Shown in pieces: positions 34,477 through 43,936 of a DNA stretch of 64,000 nucleotides. The stretch's first letter is position 1. Every line of letters begins with the position of its first letter. Source of the stretch: Candidatus Latescibacterota bacterium (GTDB lineage Bacteria; Latescibacterota; UBA2968; UBA8231); assembly GCA_965221775.1 (NCBI GenBank), contig CBDCSU010000006.1:32001-96000 (forward strand). Reading direction: 5' to 3'. The notes beneath the pieces were generated by a model. The model made no database searches. It had not been told where the DNA came from and saw only the letters and a list, made by a program, of their open reading frames with translations. Both the position numbers and the translations under genes were made by a program.

Positions 34477-35304
34477 TCAGCGCAGGCCGAAGACCTCCCG
34501 CGCCGTCTCGCCCAGCAGCCAGCGGCGGTCCTCGTCGCTCAGGAAGTCGAGGTGGCGCTGGAACAGCTCCAGGGCGGGGGCGTACCCCGTGCTGCTGAGC
34601 ACGCCCGGGAAGTTCGTCCCCCACATGACCCGCCGGGGGCCGTAGGCGTCGAAGAGCCTGCGGTAGAGGTCGAAGGTGTCGCGGTGGGGGAACGGTTCCT
34701 GCGAGCGGTGGCGCTGGGGCGTGAACTTGACGTGGACGTGCTCGTGGCGGGCGAAGCCGACCACGTACTCGAGGAGGCGGTCGTGGTCGTCCTCGTCGGG
34801 ACGGGGCACGCCGCCCACGTGGTCGAGGACGACCTTGACGCCGGGGAAGCGGGCGACGATCGGCTCCACCACCTCCAGGTGGGCGGCGGGGCCGTAGAGG
34901 GTGAAGTTGGCGCCGATCTCCTCGGCCTTGCGCCACAAGGGGTCCTGGTCGGGCGTCGCCCACAGGGACGGGTGGTCGACCCGCGACGCCAGGTGGATGC
35001 GCAGTCCGATGAAGCCGTCCTCGCGCACGAGTTTCTCGAGGACGTCCGCGGCGTCCGGCGCCTTCTGGTCGATGAGGGCGGTGCCCGCGAAGCGGCCCGG
35101 AAACCGCCGCAGGCAGTCGGCCACGTAGCGGTTGTCGTGCATGTACCCGACGGCCTGCACGATCACCGCCTGGTCGACGCCGGCGGCGGCCATGTTCTCG
35201 TTGAGCAGCTCCACGGGCGCCGCCTCGCGGGGCTCGCGGCCCTCGGCCACGGGATACCGTTCCAGGTCGGCGCTCCAGACGTGCAGATGACTGTCGACGA
35301 TCAT
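34477..35304 (-). CDS. amidohydrolase_2 family protein
   Basis: MIVDSHLHVW, AGVDQAVIVQ, VLDHVG, YGPRRVMWGTNFP. Confidence 0.9.
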   Translation of the reverse strand: MIVDSHLHVWSADLERYPVAEGREPREAAPVELLNENMAAAGVDQAVIVQAVGYMHDNRYVADCLRRFPGRFAGTALIDQKAPDAADVLEKLVREDGFIGLRIHLASRVDHPSLWATPDQDPLWRKAEEIGANFTLYGPAAHLEVVEPIVARFPGVKVVLDHVGGVPRPDEDDHDRLLEYVVGFARHEHVHVKFTPQRHRSQEPFPHRDTFDLYRRLFDAYGPRRVMWGTNFPGVLSSTGYAPALELFQRHLDFLSDEDRRWLLGETAREVFGLR

Positions 35305-35318
35305 TCGAACTCCACCTC

Positions 35319-37805
35319 TCAGTGTGGGATGCGGTGCTGGTGGAGACGGCGGTGGATCGCTTCCCGCGCCTCCAGGAAGGGCGACTCCAGGTAGGCCATG
35401 TGGTCGCCGCCGCCGTGGTGGTGGGTGGCGGTGCCCGGCGTGTGCTGGCGGCTCTGGCCGCGGATGTACTGGAGGCAGCCGTCCACCAGGGTGAGCATGT
35501 ACTGGGCGGTGCTCTCGTCGAACATCCACCACTCGCCGTCGCCGCAGGTCAGGTAGACCGGCGAGGTGTGGGCCATGATCGACCGGCCCCAGCCGTCGTG
35601 GTGCGCCACCCCCGTGTACCCGGGCCCGGCGCAGCGCGCCGCGATCCACGAGTTCCCCTTCACCTCGACCTTGGCCGCCACCTTCAGGGCGCGGGTGCCG
35701 CCGGCGTCGTTGGCCGAGGCGACCACGCGCCCCTCCTGCACGATCTGCAGGGTGTGGATCGGCACCACCGACCCGGCCTGCGCCTCGACCTCGACGGTGC
35801 CGCCGTTGCCGGGCAGGCGCAGGGTGTCGCCGATGTCGCAGCCGTCGACCTTCAGCCGCAGGATCGGGCCGCCGCTGTGGAAGGTGCGGCCCCGGGCGAC
35901 GTTGGCGCACCAGCTGTCATAGGTGAAGGGCTCGTCCTCGGGGATGCGCACGTAAGTGCGGTAGAGCCCCACGGGGACCTCGTTCGACATCTTGTCGGTG
36001 CCGCCCACCAGGGGCAGGCGGTAGCCGCAGTTGAGGTAGCGGTAGTACTCCTGGTGCTCGAAGGGGCCGTGGCGCAGCATCTCCACGGCATCGGCGCGGC
36101 CCGTGGCGATCAGGGTCGCCGGCTCGCCGTTGGGGTTGGGCAGATGCGGGATCACCACCGTGCCGCCCTGGCCGCGGCACTGGTCGGCCCAGTCGGACAT
36201 GGTCACCTCCAGGGTGCCGCCGATCTCGGCCTCGCCGGGACCGTCCGAGCACCAGGGCATGACCGGCTCCTTGAGGCCCCACAGGATCAGGTGCCCGAGG
36301 AAGTGCTGGCGGTTCTCCTGGGAGACGTAGACCAGGCTCTCGCCGTCGCTGGAGACGCCGCCGGTGAACTCCTGGGTGTCGGTGAACAGGCTGCCCCACT
36401 GGGACTGGAGCATGTTGACCACGTCCAGGTCCTCGCCGTTGGCCTCCAGGTGGCTGCCCTGGGCGGAGAGGAAGTGGACGTGGGAGTCGCCCGAGTACCA
36501 GCCCTCGCCGTTCATGTCGACCCAGCGGTCGAGGGTCAGGTCCAGCTCGGTCTGGCCGGGCCGGATCTCCACCTCCCGGCGCAGGGGCTCGTACTCGAAG
36601 CCCCGGGCCACGTCGACGATCACCCGGCCCCGGGGCAGCCAGCCCTGGCAGGTGCCGTCGGTGTAGGCGTACGAGAGCTGTCCCATGCGCACGTCGCCGC
36701 CGACGTCGATGTGCCAGCTGTCCATGTCGGAGTTGACGTGCCCGTGGTGGCCGTGGGGGGCGTAGGCCACCCCCTCGGGAGAGCGGAAGTGGATGCGGCA
36801 CGGCACCGGCCGGCCGGTCTTGCCGTCGAGGACGCGGGTGCGCACCCAGTTGCGGCCGTGGTCGATCATCTCGACGCGCACGCGGCCGTCGGCGCTCTCT
36901 GCCGACCCGGCCTCCACCACGTCGCCCCAGCGGGTCTCGCCCACGGGCTCGCCGTCCTGGCGGACCTTCACCGTCGCCGACGGTGACGCCGCGATCTGCA
37001 GGCCGGCGGGGCTGCTGGCCTGATTCTGCGCCTCGCCCCAGCCCTTGCGGTCGGCGACGAACTCCTCCGGCGTCTTCCGCGAAAGCGGATAGGGATAGGT
37101 GGTGACGCCGCGGTCGACCTCGACCTCCAGGTCGAAGGGGCGGTCCGCCGCCTCGGGATCGGTGAGGGTGATGCGCACGTCCCTCAGCCCCTCGCGGCAG
37201 ATGGGGAACTCGTCGGCGTGCCCGAGGGTGACGGCGGCCACGGCGAAGACCCGGTCCCCCGGTTCCACCTCGATCGCCTCCAGCTCCTGCTCCGGGTGCG
37301 GGTTCGACCACACGTAGAGGGCGAAGTGCATGTTGCTGGCCGCCGCCGTCTCCGTCTGCCGCCGTCCGGCCGCGTCCCAGCGGCCCTCCCAGCGCGGCAG
37401 CAGCTCGTCCTTCTGATCGGGGAAGGCGACGAAGGGGCGTCCGCCGTCGCTGGGCACGGTGCAGATCTCGAAGCGTTCCCGCTGCGGCGCCGGGACCACC
37501 TCGCCGCCCTTCAGGTGGAAGCGGTAGGTGGCCACCGTGTCGCCCGTGGGGGCGCCGTCGCGGATGGAGGACTCGGCCAGCCGTTGGGCGAAGACGACGT
37601 GGCGGGCCGAACGCCCGACGGGGATCCTCAGGCTGGAGGTCCGGTGGCCCGGACCGAAGGCGACGAGGCAGTGCCCGCCGCCGCCGCCCACCTGGAAGGG
37701 CAGACCCTGCCAGCACTGCTGACCGGTGGGCACCTCCGCTCCGAAGAGATCGGCGCCGGCGTTGCAGAAGGAGGTCAGCTCCACGGGCTCGTAGTCGTTC
37801 ATCAC
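35319..37805 (-). CDS. CehA/McbA-like PHP-type metallohydrolase with N-terminal beta-sandwich extension
   Basis: RGFEY...WYSGDSHVH, ENRQHFLGHL, YYRYLNCGYRLPLVGGTD, VGLYRTY, GRTF..GP, SWIAAR, AHTSPVY. Confidence 0.8.
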   Translation of the reverse strand: MMNDYEPVELTSFCNAGADLFGAEVPTGQQCWQGLPFQVGGGGGHCLVAFGPGHRTSSLRIPVGRSARHVVFAQRLAESSIRDGAPTGDTVATYRFHLKGGEVVPAPQRERFEICTVPSDGGRPFVAFPDQKDELLPRWEGRWDAAGRRQTETAAASNMHFALYVWSNPHPEQELEAIEVEPGDRVFAVAAVTLGHADEFPICREGLRDVRITLTDPEAADRPFDLEVEVDRGVTTYPYPLSRKTPEEFVADRKGWGEAQNQASSPAGLQIAASPSATVKVRQDGEPVGETRWGDVVEAGSAESADGRVRVEMIDHGRNWVRTRVLDGKTGRPVPCRIHFRSPEGVAYAPHGHHGHVNSDMDSWHIDVGGDVRMGQLSYAYTDGTCQGWLPRGRVIVDVARGFEYEPLRREVEIRPGQTELDLTLDRWVDMNGEGWYSGDSHVHFLSAQGSHLEANGEDLDVVNMLQSQWGSLFTDTQEFTGGVSSDGESLVYVSQENRQHFLGHLILWGLKEPVMPWCSDGPGEAEIGGTLEVTMSDWADQCRGQGGTVVIPHLPNPNGEPATLIATGRADAVEMLRHGPFEHQEYYRYLNCGYRLPLVGGTDKMSNEVPVGLYRTYVRIPEDEPFTYDSWCANVARGRTFHSGGPILRLKVDGCDIGDTLRLPGNGGTVEVEAQAGSVVPIHTLQIVQEGRVVASANDAGGTRALKVAAKVEVKGNSWIAARCAGPGYTGVAHHDGWGRSIMAHTSPVYLTCGDGEWWMFDESTAQYMLTLVDGCLQYIRGQSRQHTPGTATHHHGGGDHMAYLESPFLEAREAIHRRLHQHRIPH

Positions 37806-37922
37806 GGACCTTTCCCCCGGCCGGCTCCCTGCCTCGCACCGGGCGGTGTGCTACATTGGTTCCGAGTCTTGCGAGCCGCCAAAGATAGGTCCCGCCGCTG
37901 GCGAGGACAGAGAGGAGGCCCC

Positions 37923-39269
37923 ATGCGCCCCAGGCCGATCCCGCTCGACGACGACGCCCTGCAGCGCTTCCTGCGCGACGGCTACATCACCCTCGACGCC
38001 GGCCTGTCCGCCGACTTCCACCGGGAGCTGTTCGAGGAGGTGGACCGCGTCTTCGAGGCCGAGTCCAACCCCGGCAACAACATCCTGCCGCGGGTCCCCG
38101 GCATCCGCCGCGTCCTCGACAGCCCCCCCGTCCACGGCGCCCTGCAAAGCCTGCTGGGGGAGGACTACTACCTGCACGCCCACCGCTTCTGCCACTACCG
38201 GCAGCCCGGGAGCGAGGCCCAGCAGCTGCACAAGGACAGCTGGTCCCGGCGGCACCACCGCACCCGCTGGTGCATGGCCTTCTACTACCCGCAGGACACC
38301 ACCGGGGAGATGGGCCCCACCGGCGTCGTGCCGGGATCGCAGTACCTGAACTCACCGCCCGACCCGGCCGGCGAGATCCCCCTGGCCGGCGGCGCCGGCA
38401 CGGTGACGATCGTCCACTACGACCTCTGGCACCGCGGCCTGGCCAACACCAGCGACCGCAAGCGCTACATGGTCAAGTTCCTCTTCACCCGCCTCGACGA
38501 GCCGGCCGCTGACGGGCGCGGTCCGGCCTCCTTCGACGGGGAGGACCGGCTGGCGCCGCTGTGGCGGTCCATGTGGCGCTGGCACACGGGCCAGGCCGGC
38601 GCGGCGGCGGCCACGGTCTCCTCCGCGGAGGCGGAGGACCTGCCCGGGGATCTCGGCGCCGGGGACGAGACCCGGGCCCTGAGCGCCGCCTACCGCCTCG
38701 GGGAGTCGGCCGACGGCGCCGCCGTGAGCGCCCTTCTGGACGGCCTGCGCGGCGGCGATCCCGCCGTCCGGCGCAACGCCGCCTACGGGCTGACCGCCGC
38801 GGGGGCCGCCGCCGTCCCCGGGCTGGCGGAGTGCCTGGCGCACGCCGACGCCGGGGTGCGGGCCGCGGCCGTCGACTGCCTGGGCGACCTCGGCCGCCAG
38901 GCCGCCGAGGCGGAACCCGCCGTGGCCGCGAGTCTGGAAGACGGCGACGTCGAGGTCCGCCGCCTCGCCGCCCATGCCCTCGGGACCATGGGAGCCGACT
39001 CGGCGGTGCCGCGCCTCGCCGAGGCCTGCTCGGAGGCGGACGAGTGGGTGATCCGCAACGCCTCCCTGAGCCTGGCGCGCCTGGGCGCCGCCGCCGAGGG
39101 CGCCCTCCCGGCCCTGGACCACGCCCTCGACCACGACAACCGCTACGTCCGCGCCAACGCCCTCCGCTGCCTGCAGCGCATCGACAGCGACGGGGCCCGC
39201 GAGTTGCTCTACCACCACCTGGCCACCTCCCGCTGGTGCCCGATCACGGCCAGCGGCACGCCCTACTGA
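37923..39269 (+). CDS. phytanoyl-CoA dioxygenase (PhyH) family protein fused to HEAT/PBS-lyase repeats
   Basis: ATG after GAGGAGG; FLRDGY, LHKD (HxD) and LWHRG facial triad; C-terminal repeats VRRNAAYGL, VRAAAVDCLG, VRRLAAHALG, VRANA. Confidence 0.85.
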   Translation: MRPRPIPLDDDALQRFLRDGYITLDAGLSADFHRELFEEVDRVFEAESNPGNNILPRVPGIRRVLDSPPVHGALQSLLGEDYYLHAHRFCHYRQPGSEAQQLHKDSWSRRHHRTRWCMAFYYPQDTTGEMGPTGVVPGSQYLNSPPDPAGEIPLAGGAGTVTIVHYDLWHRGLANTSDRKRYMVKFLFTRLDEPAADGRGPASFDGEDRLAPLWRSMWRWHTGQAGAAAATVSSAEAEDLPGDLGAGDETRALSAAYRLGESADGAAVSALLDGLRGGDPAVRRNAAYGLTAAGAAAVPGLAECLAHADAGVRAAAVDCLGDLGRQAAEAEPAVAASLEDGDVEVRRLAAHALGTMGADSAVPRLAEACSEADEWVIRNASLSLARLGAAAEGALPALDHALDHDNRYVRANALRCLQRIDSDGARELLYHHLATSRWCPITASGTPY

Positions 39270-39276
39270 GCCCCCG

Positions 39277-40320
39277 GTGCTGACGATCGAGACGCGTGGA
39301 CCGGCGCGCGACCGCGGCCGCCAGCAGGGAGAGCAGTGCCGCGCTCTCGCCGAGGGCTGGCTTCGCCGGGTGCTGGCCAGCCTGGCGGCGCAGCAACGGG
39401 CGCCCTCCTGGGACGCCCTGGTCGAGGCCCTGGGCCGCAACGCGCGCCGCTGGACCGACCAGTGGGCCGCCGTCTACCCGGCCGGGGCGGAGGAGTGCCG
39501 AGGCATCGCCGCCGGCCTGGGCTGGGACGAGGATCTCTACCTGGCCGCCCTCTGCCACCACCGCCTCTCCGGCCAGCTGCCCCAGTGCACTCTCGTCGGC
39601 CGGCGGCAGAACGGGTCGGCGCGCTTCGGCAAGACCGACGACATCGAGCGTCACCAGCTGGGCCTGAACCTGCTCGAGATCAGCCGCCCCGAAGACGGCC
39701 ACGACCACGGCCACTTCCACTTCGCCGGCACGCCGTGGACGGTGGCGGGCTTCAACCGCCCGGGGCTGGCCATGGGCATGACCGGCATTCCGGGGCCGAT
39801 GAAGGAGGAGGACGGCCTGTTCTCGCTGATGGCCCTGCACACGGTGCTGCCGGCCTGCGCCGATGTGGGCGAGGCGATCGAGCACCTGCGGGACCTGCCG
39901 GTGAACGCCTACGGTTTCAGCCTGATGCTCGGGGATGGCTCGGGCCGCCTCGCTCTCGTGGAGAAGACCGGCGCCGGGATGACCGTGGTCGAGGCGGAGG
40001 ACGGCCGCCCCCTCGGCCATACGAACCACATCCTGAACGCTGAGTTCGCCCGCAGAAACCCGCCCCAGAGCCCCGCCATCGACACCAACGGCCGGCGCCG
40101 CCTCGACAACGCCCTGCGCCTGGCGAGGGAGGGTACCGCCATCGAGCGGATCCTGGCCGACCGCTGCCCCGTCGGGGCCGTCTGCCAGCAGGGGGAGGAC
40201 GGGCTGCACACCGACTTCGCCGTCCTCTTCGAACCGGTGGAGCGGCGCCTGCGCCTGTGGTCCGGCCCGCCCGCCCTGGTGGAGTCGAGGGAGTACGACT
40301 TCGGGCGCCTGCTGGCCTGA
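39277..40320 (+). CDS. C45 family autoproteolytic acyltransferase/peptidase (Ntn hydrolase)
   Basis: EECRGIA, QCT nucleophile motif, GKTDD, GFNRPGL, HTNHIL. Confidence 0.8.
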   Translation: MLTIETRGPARDRGRQQGEQCRALAEGWLRRVLASLAAQQRAPSWDALVEALGRNARRWTDQWAAVYPAGAEECRGIAAGLGWDEDLYLAALCHHRLSGQLPQCTLVGRRQNGSARFGKTDDIERHQLGLNLLEISRPEDGHDHGHFHFAGTPWTVAGFNRPGLAMGMTGIPGPMKEEDGLFSLMALHTVLPACADVGEAIEHLRDLPVNAYGFSLMLGDGSGRLALVEKTGAGMTVVEAEDGRPLGHTNHILNAEFARRNPPQSPAIDTNGRRRLDNALRLAREGTAIERILADRCPVGAVCQQGEDGLHTDFAVLFEPVERRLRLWSGPPALVESREYDFGRLLA

Positions 40321-40331
40321 CGCCTCCCGGG

Positions 40332-42341
40332 CTACGCCTCCAGCCCGACGAAGCCCCCGGGGTCGCGCAGGTTTTCCCACGACGTGCGCACCCAGCCCCC
40401 GGGCACGGACCCCACCCGAACCCGGACGTCCAGCAGATCGCCCGCCAGCCGTCCCGTACCCCCCGGCAGGTGCCCCACCGTGAGGGGCGCCGAGCCCTCC
40501 ACCGGGCGCCCTCGGGGCGGCGCCTCGCCGACGAGCTCGCCGTCGATCCACAACTCGGCCCCGCGGCCGGCGCGGTAGACCCCGGCCACGTGGTGCCGCC
40601 CCGCCTCCGGGAGGCGGTGGGCCCGCACCGAGACCGGTCCGTCCTCGCAGTTGACCAGGAAGGAGGCCCCCGGAAGGGCGCCGCCGAGGCCGCCGTTGTG
40701 GCCGCAGTCCATCCACCGCAGCTGGAACCGCGCGCCCTCGCCGGCCGTGTCCAGGCGCAGGACCTGTCCGTGGGAGCGGATCTCTCCCGATGGGTCGTCC
40801 TCCCGCCAGGGCGCCATGTAGAGGAACCTGCCGTCGAAGGCGCCGCCGTTGAACCCCCCGGGGTTCGGCGGCGCCAGGGCGCACCCGTCCGCCGCCTGCC
40901 AGGAGGCCGGGTCGTCGAAGGGGCGGGCGGTGTCGTAGCGCAGGGTGCGGGCGTGGAACCCGAGACCGGGGTCATCGCCCTCCCAGAAGGGGATGAAGTA
41001 GACGAAGCGGCCGTCGAAGGCGGCGCCGTCGTAGCCGCGGGTGCGCAGGCCGCCGATCCCGCCCGCCTCGAAGACCTGCCAGCCGGCGGGGTCGGCGAAG
41101 GGGGCCCGGGTGTCGTAGCGGACCACGCTGGAGTGGGCGTACGGCGTGAAGTAGATCCAGCGGCCGTCGAAGACGGCGCCGACGCACTGGCCGAAGGACC
41201 CCGCCGGCAGCCGACCGGTATCGAAGGCTTCCCAGGCGGCCGGGTCGTCGAAGGGCCGTCGCGGATCGTGGCGCAGAACGGCGCCGCCGGCGAGGGGGGC
41301 GAAGTAGACGTGCCGGCCGTCGTAGAGGGCGCCGTCGTAGTTGGTGCAGTTGAGCCCGCCCGTGGCCCCGGCGTCGTGAACCGCCCAGCTGGCCTCGTCG
41401 TGGAACCGCCCCCCGGTGTCGAGGCGCAGGACGCGGCCGTCGGCGCCGCCGGCCTGGTGATAGCCCGGGGCGAAGTAGGCGTAGCGGCCGTCGAAGGCGC
41501 CGCCCTGGCTGGAGATCGGGCCGCCGGCATCGTGGGCGGACCAGCTCGCCGGGTCGCGGAAGTCGCCGGCGGTGTCGAAGCGCAGGACCCGCCGGTGCAT
41601 CGCCTCGCCGTCGGTGCGCGGCACGTAGTAGACGCAGCGGCCGTCGAAGACGGCGCCGTAGTAGCCGCGGGTGGCCAGGCCCTCCGTGGCGCCGGCGTCG
41701 CAGCCCTCCCAGGCGGCGGGGTCGTCGAAGGGCCGGCGCGTGTCGTAGCGCAGGGCCTGCCCGTGGCGGCCCTCGTCGTTGCACTGGGGGGCGAAGTAGA
41801 CATGGCGGCCGTCGAAGACGGCGCCGAAGAAGCCCCGCGTCAGGAGGCCGTCGGTGGACCCGGCGTCAAAGGTGGCGAAGCCGGCCATCTCCCCGGCGAA
41901 GACCCACTGGGCGGCGATCACCTGCGCCGCCTCGGCCCGCACCTCCTCGGCGGCGAGCCAGCCCTCGACGACGAAGTCGTCTGCCGCCGGAGCGCGGCCG
42001 GTCTCCCTGCTGGCGAAGAAGGCGTAGTCGGAGAACCCGCCCCCGGCGGCCGAAGCCTCGCCGAGGTCCAGGAACAGCCGGGCATCGCGCCCCCGCTCCA
42101 GGCGCCGGATCTCGATCCAGCCCTCGACCCGCCCGGTGGCCTCGTCGGCCGTCAGCCGGTGGGGCACCTCGCCCTCCGAGTCCCGTACGCGCATGCCCGA
42201 TCCCGCGGCTGCCCGCGCGCCGGCGGGCAGGACGAGATCGACGCGGACCGGGAAGCGCTCCAGGTCCCCGTGGACGCGCTCTCCGGCGACGCGCAGCTTC
42301 AGGGTGAGAGGTTCCGTGGCCAGGACGCGGCTCCGGTTCAT
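40332..42341 (-). CDS. DUF2341-like/LamG protein containing seven FDGRxxYFxP repeats (putative 7-bladed propeller)
   Basis: Start re-called at ATG 42341. Seven G.xFDGR.(V/A/I/L)Y(F/Y/M).P repeats, and a LamG-like C-terminus (HHVAGVY, LWIDGE, LTVG, LAGDLLDVRV). Confidence 0.7.
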   Translation of the reverse strand: MNRSRVLATEPLTLKLRVAGERVHGDLERFPVRVDLVLPAGARAAAGSGMRVRDSEGEVPHRLTADEATGRVEGWIEIRRLERGRDARLFLDLGEASAAGGGFSDYAFFASRETGRAPAADDFVVEGWLAAEEVRAEAAQVIAAQWVFAGEMAGFATFDAGSTDGLLTRGFFGAVFDGRHVYFAPQCNDEGRHGQALRYDTRRPFDDPAAWEGCDAGATEGLATRGYYGAVFDGRCVYYVPRTDGEAMHRRVLRFDTAGDFRDPASWSAHDAGGPISSQGGAFDGRYAYFAPGYHQAGGADGRVLRLDTGGRFHDEASWAVHDAGATGGLNCTNYDGALYDGRHVYFAPLAGGAVLRHDPRRPFDDPAAWEAFDTGRLPAGSFGQCVGAVFDGRWIYFTPYAHSSVVRYDTRAPFADPAGWQVFEAGGIGGLRTRGYDGAAFDGRFVYFIPFWEGDDPGLGFHARTLRYDTARPFDDPASWQAADGCALAPPNPGGFNGGAFDGRFLYMAPWREDDPSGEIRSHGQVLRLDTAGEGARFQLRWMDCGHNGGLGGALPGASFLVNCEDGPVSVRAHRLPEAGRHHVAGVYRAGRGAELWIDGELVGEAPPRGRPVEGSAPLTVGHLPGGTGRLAGDLLDVRVRVGSVPGGWVRTSWENLRDPGGFVGLEA

Positions 42342-42373
42342 CGATCCGATGGGTGCCGGGTCGCCACCCCGGG

Positions 42374-43645
42374 CTAGGACCGCTGCTCGCGCACCGGCCC
42401 GTGCTGCAGGCGGGCGTAGAAGTCGGCCCACTCCTTGGAGCCGTCGTCCTCCCGGATCTCCAGCCTGACCCCCGGCTCCTGGGCCGGATCGTTGCCGGCC
42501 TGCCGGAAGTGCGGCCAGCACTGGTCGCGCATGCTGGAGAAGTGCACGACGCGGCCGCCCTCCCAGACCACCGAGAGGATGTGGCGCGGCGTCTCCACCT
42601 GGTACGGGGGTTCCATGGCGCAGCGGCTGAGGGCCTCCTCGTCGACGTCGACGCCGAGACCCGGCCCCTCGGGCACGCGCAGGTACCCGCCGCGGATGGT
42701 GAGGGGCTCGCGCAGCAGGTCGTCGGTGTAGTTGTTCAGACAGGTGATCGCCGGCCACTGGGCGAAGTTCAGCACCGCCCCGAGATGGGCGGCGAAGGCG
42801 GTCACCAGGCCGACGCCGACCATCTGCAGCCAGAAGGGCTTCTCGAACTCGGCGGCCAGCTGGCCCTGGCGCAGCACGGCGGAGACGCCGCCGCCGATGA
42901 CGAAGCCGTCGCAGACCGCTTCCTTCACCGCCGTGGGAAAGGGGGGCGCCCCGAAGTGGAGGGCGATCGGCCGGGAGACCTTGCGCCGCAGCTCGCGCTG
43001 GCCCTCCACGTCGCCCTGGTTGATGGGGCCCTCGTAGATGGAGACCCGCTCGTACCCGTCGAGGCGCTGCAGGACGGGGGCCGCGGTGCCGACGTTGAGG
43101 AGCATGCCGTTCCAGTCGAGGTCGAGGCGGTAGTGGCGGGGGGTGACGGCGCTGACGGCCTCCACCTGCTGGTAGACGTCGATCCAGGGGCGGGTCTTGA
43201 ACTTGTGGAAGATGTAGCCCTGGGCCACCGCGTCTTTCGCCTCCTCGGCCAGGTCCTCGGGGCCCATCTTGGTGTTCCACCAGGCGATGGGGCACCAGTC
43301 GCGCACCTTGGGCAGGTTGAACAGCTTGTACGCGGGTACCCCCAGGGCCTTGCCGACCACGTCGTAGAGGGCCATCTGCAGACCGGCGCCGAGGCTGTCG
43401 TCGCCGAGCAGCTCGGCGGGGTTGCGGCCGCGCACGCCCTCCAGCGACGCGTCGCTCACCGGCCCCCAGGTGTAGTGCGGCAGGGTCTCGCCGTAGCCGA
43501 CACTGCCGTCGTCGGTGGTGACGCGGATGATCTCGACGATCTGCCACTGCCAGACGAGCAGCGCGTTCCAGCGGCTCACGCGCTCGGTGAAGGGCACGCG
43601 CACGGTGATGCGCTCGACCTCCTGGATGCGCAGGGGGGCGGGCAT
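42374..43645 (-). CDS. second mandelate racemase/MLE (enolase superfamily) protein
   Basis: TDDGSVGYGE, ALYDVVGKALGVPAYKL, KFK, DWN, YEGP, VPEGPGLG; ATG 43645. Confidence 0.9.
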   Translation of the reverse strand: MPAPLRIQEVERITVRVPFTERVSRWNALLVWQWQIVEIIRVTTDDGSVGYGETLPHYTWGPVSDASLEGVRGRNPAELLGDDSLGAGLQMALYDVVGKALGVPAYKLFNLPKVRDWCPIAWWNTKMGPEDLAEEAKDAVAQGYIFHKFKTRPWIDVYQQVEAVSAVTPRHYRLDLDWNGMLLNVGTAAPVLQRLDGYERVSIYEGPINQGDVEGQRELRRKVSRPIALHFGAPPFPTAVKEAVCDGFVIGGGVSAVLRQGQLAAEFEKPFWLQMVGVGLVTAFAAHLGAVLNFAQWPAITCLNNYTDDLLREPLTIRGGYLRVPEGPGLGVDVDEEALSRCAMEPPYQVETPRHILSVVWEGGRVVHFSSMRDQCWPHFRQAGNDPAQEPGVRLEIREDDGSKEWADFYARLQHGPVREQRS

Positions 43646-43817
43646 GGGACTCTCCAGGCTGGAGGGTGAGGGGCGGGATGGTTCCCGCCCGGGGCAGGAC
43701 CCCCGGCCGGCGGACCCGGGCCGCCAGGGCCGAGGCCGGCGGCCAAGGGCTCTCGGCCGCCAAGGTAGGAGCCTCCCGGCCCGGTCACAAGCGGACGCTG
43801 GCAGGCTCCCGGACCGC

Positions 43818-43847
43818 TTGACGATCTCGAGCCACCCCGCGTAACCT
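43818..43847 (+). promoter_or_regulatory. putative sigma70 promoter of the Mrp operon
   Basis: TTGACG, 18 nt spacer, TAACCT, about 90 nt upstream of mnhE. Confidence 0.5.
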
Positions 43848-43936
43848 TTTGTGGATTCTGCACCTTGGCGGACTTGCCGAGGCACCGCAGCCGCCTTCCC
43901 CACCGGTCCCGAGCACCCTCCCCGGAGTCGCGCCAC

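Noticed and set aside
40332-43763. 1143 aa ORF as one protein
   Set aside because: The first ~470 codons are an off-frame reading of the MR/MLE gene 42374..43645; the real protein starts near 42341.
43670-43800. GC-rich short inverted repeats (GGCCGCC/GGCGGCC) upstream of the Mrp operon as REP elements or a riboswitch
   Set aside because: Expected by chance at this GC content; I found no second copy elsewhere and no recognisable aptamer consensus.
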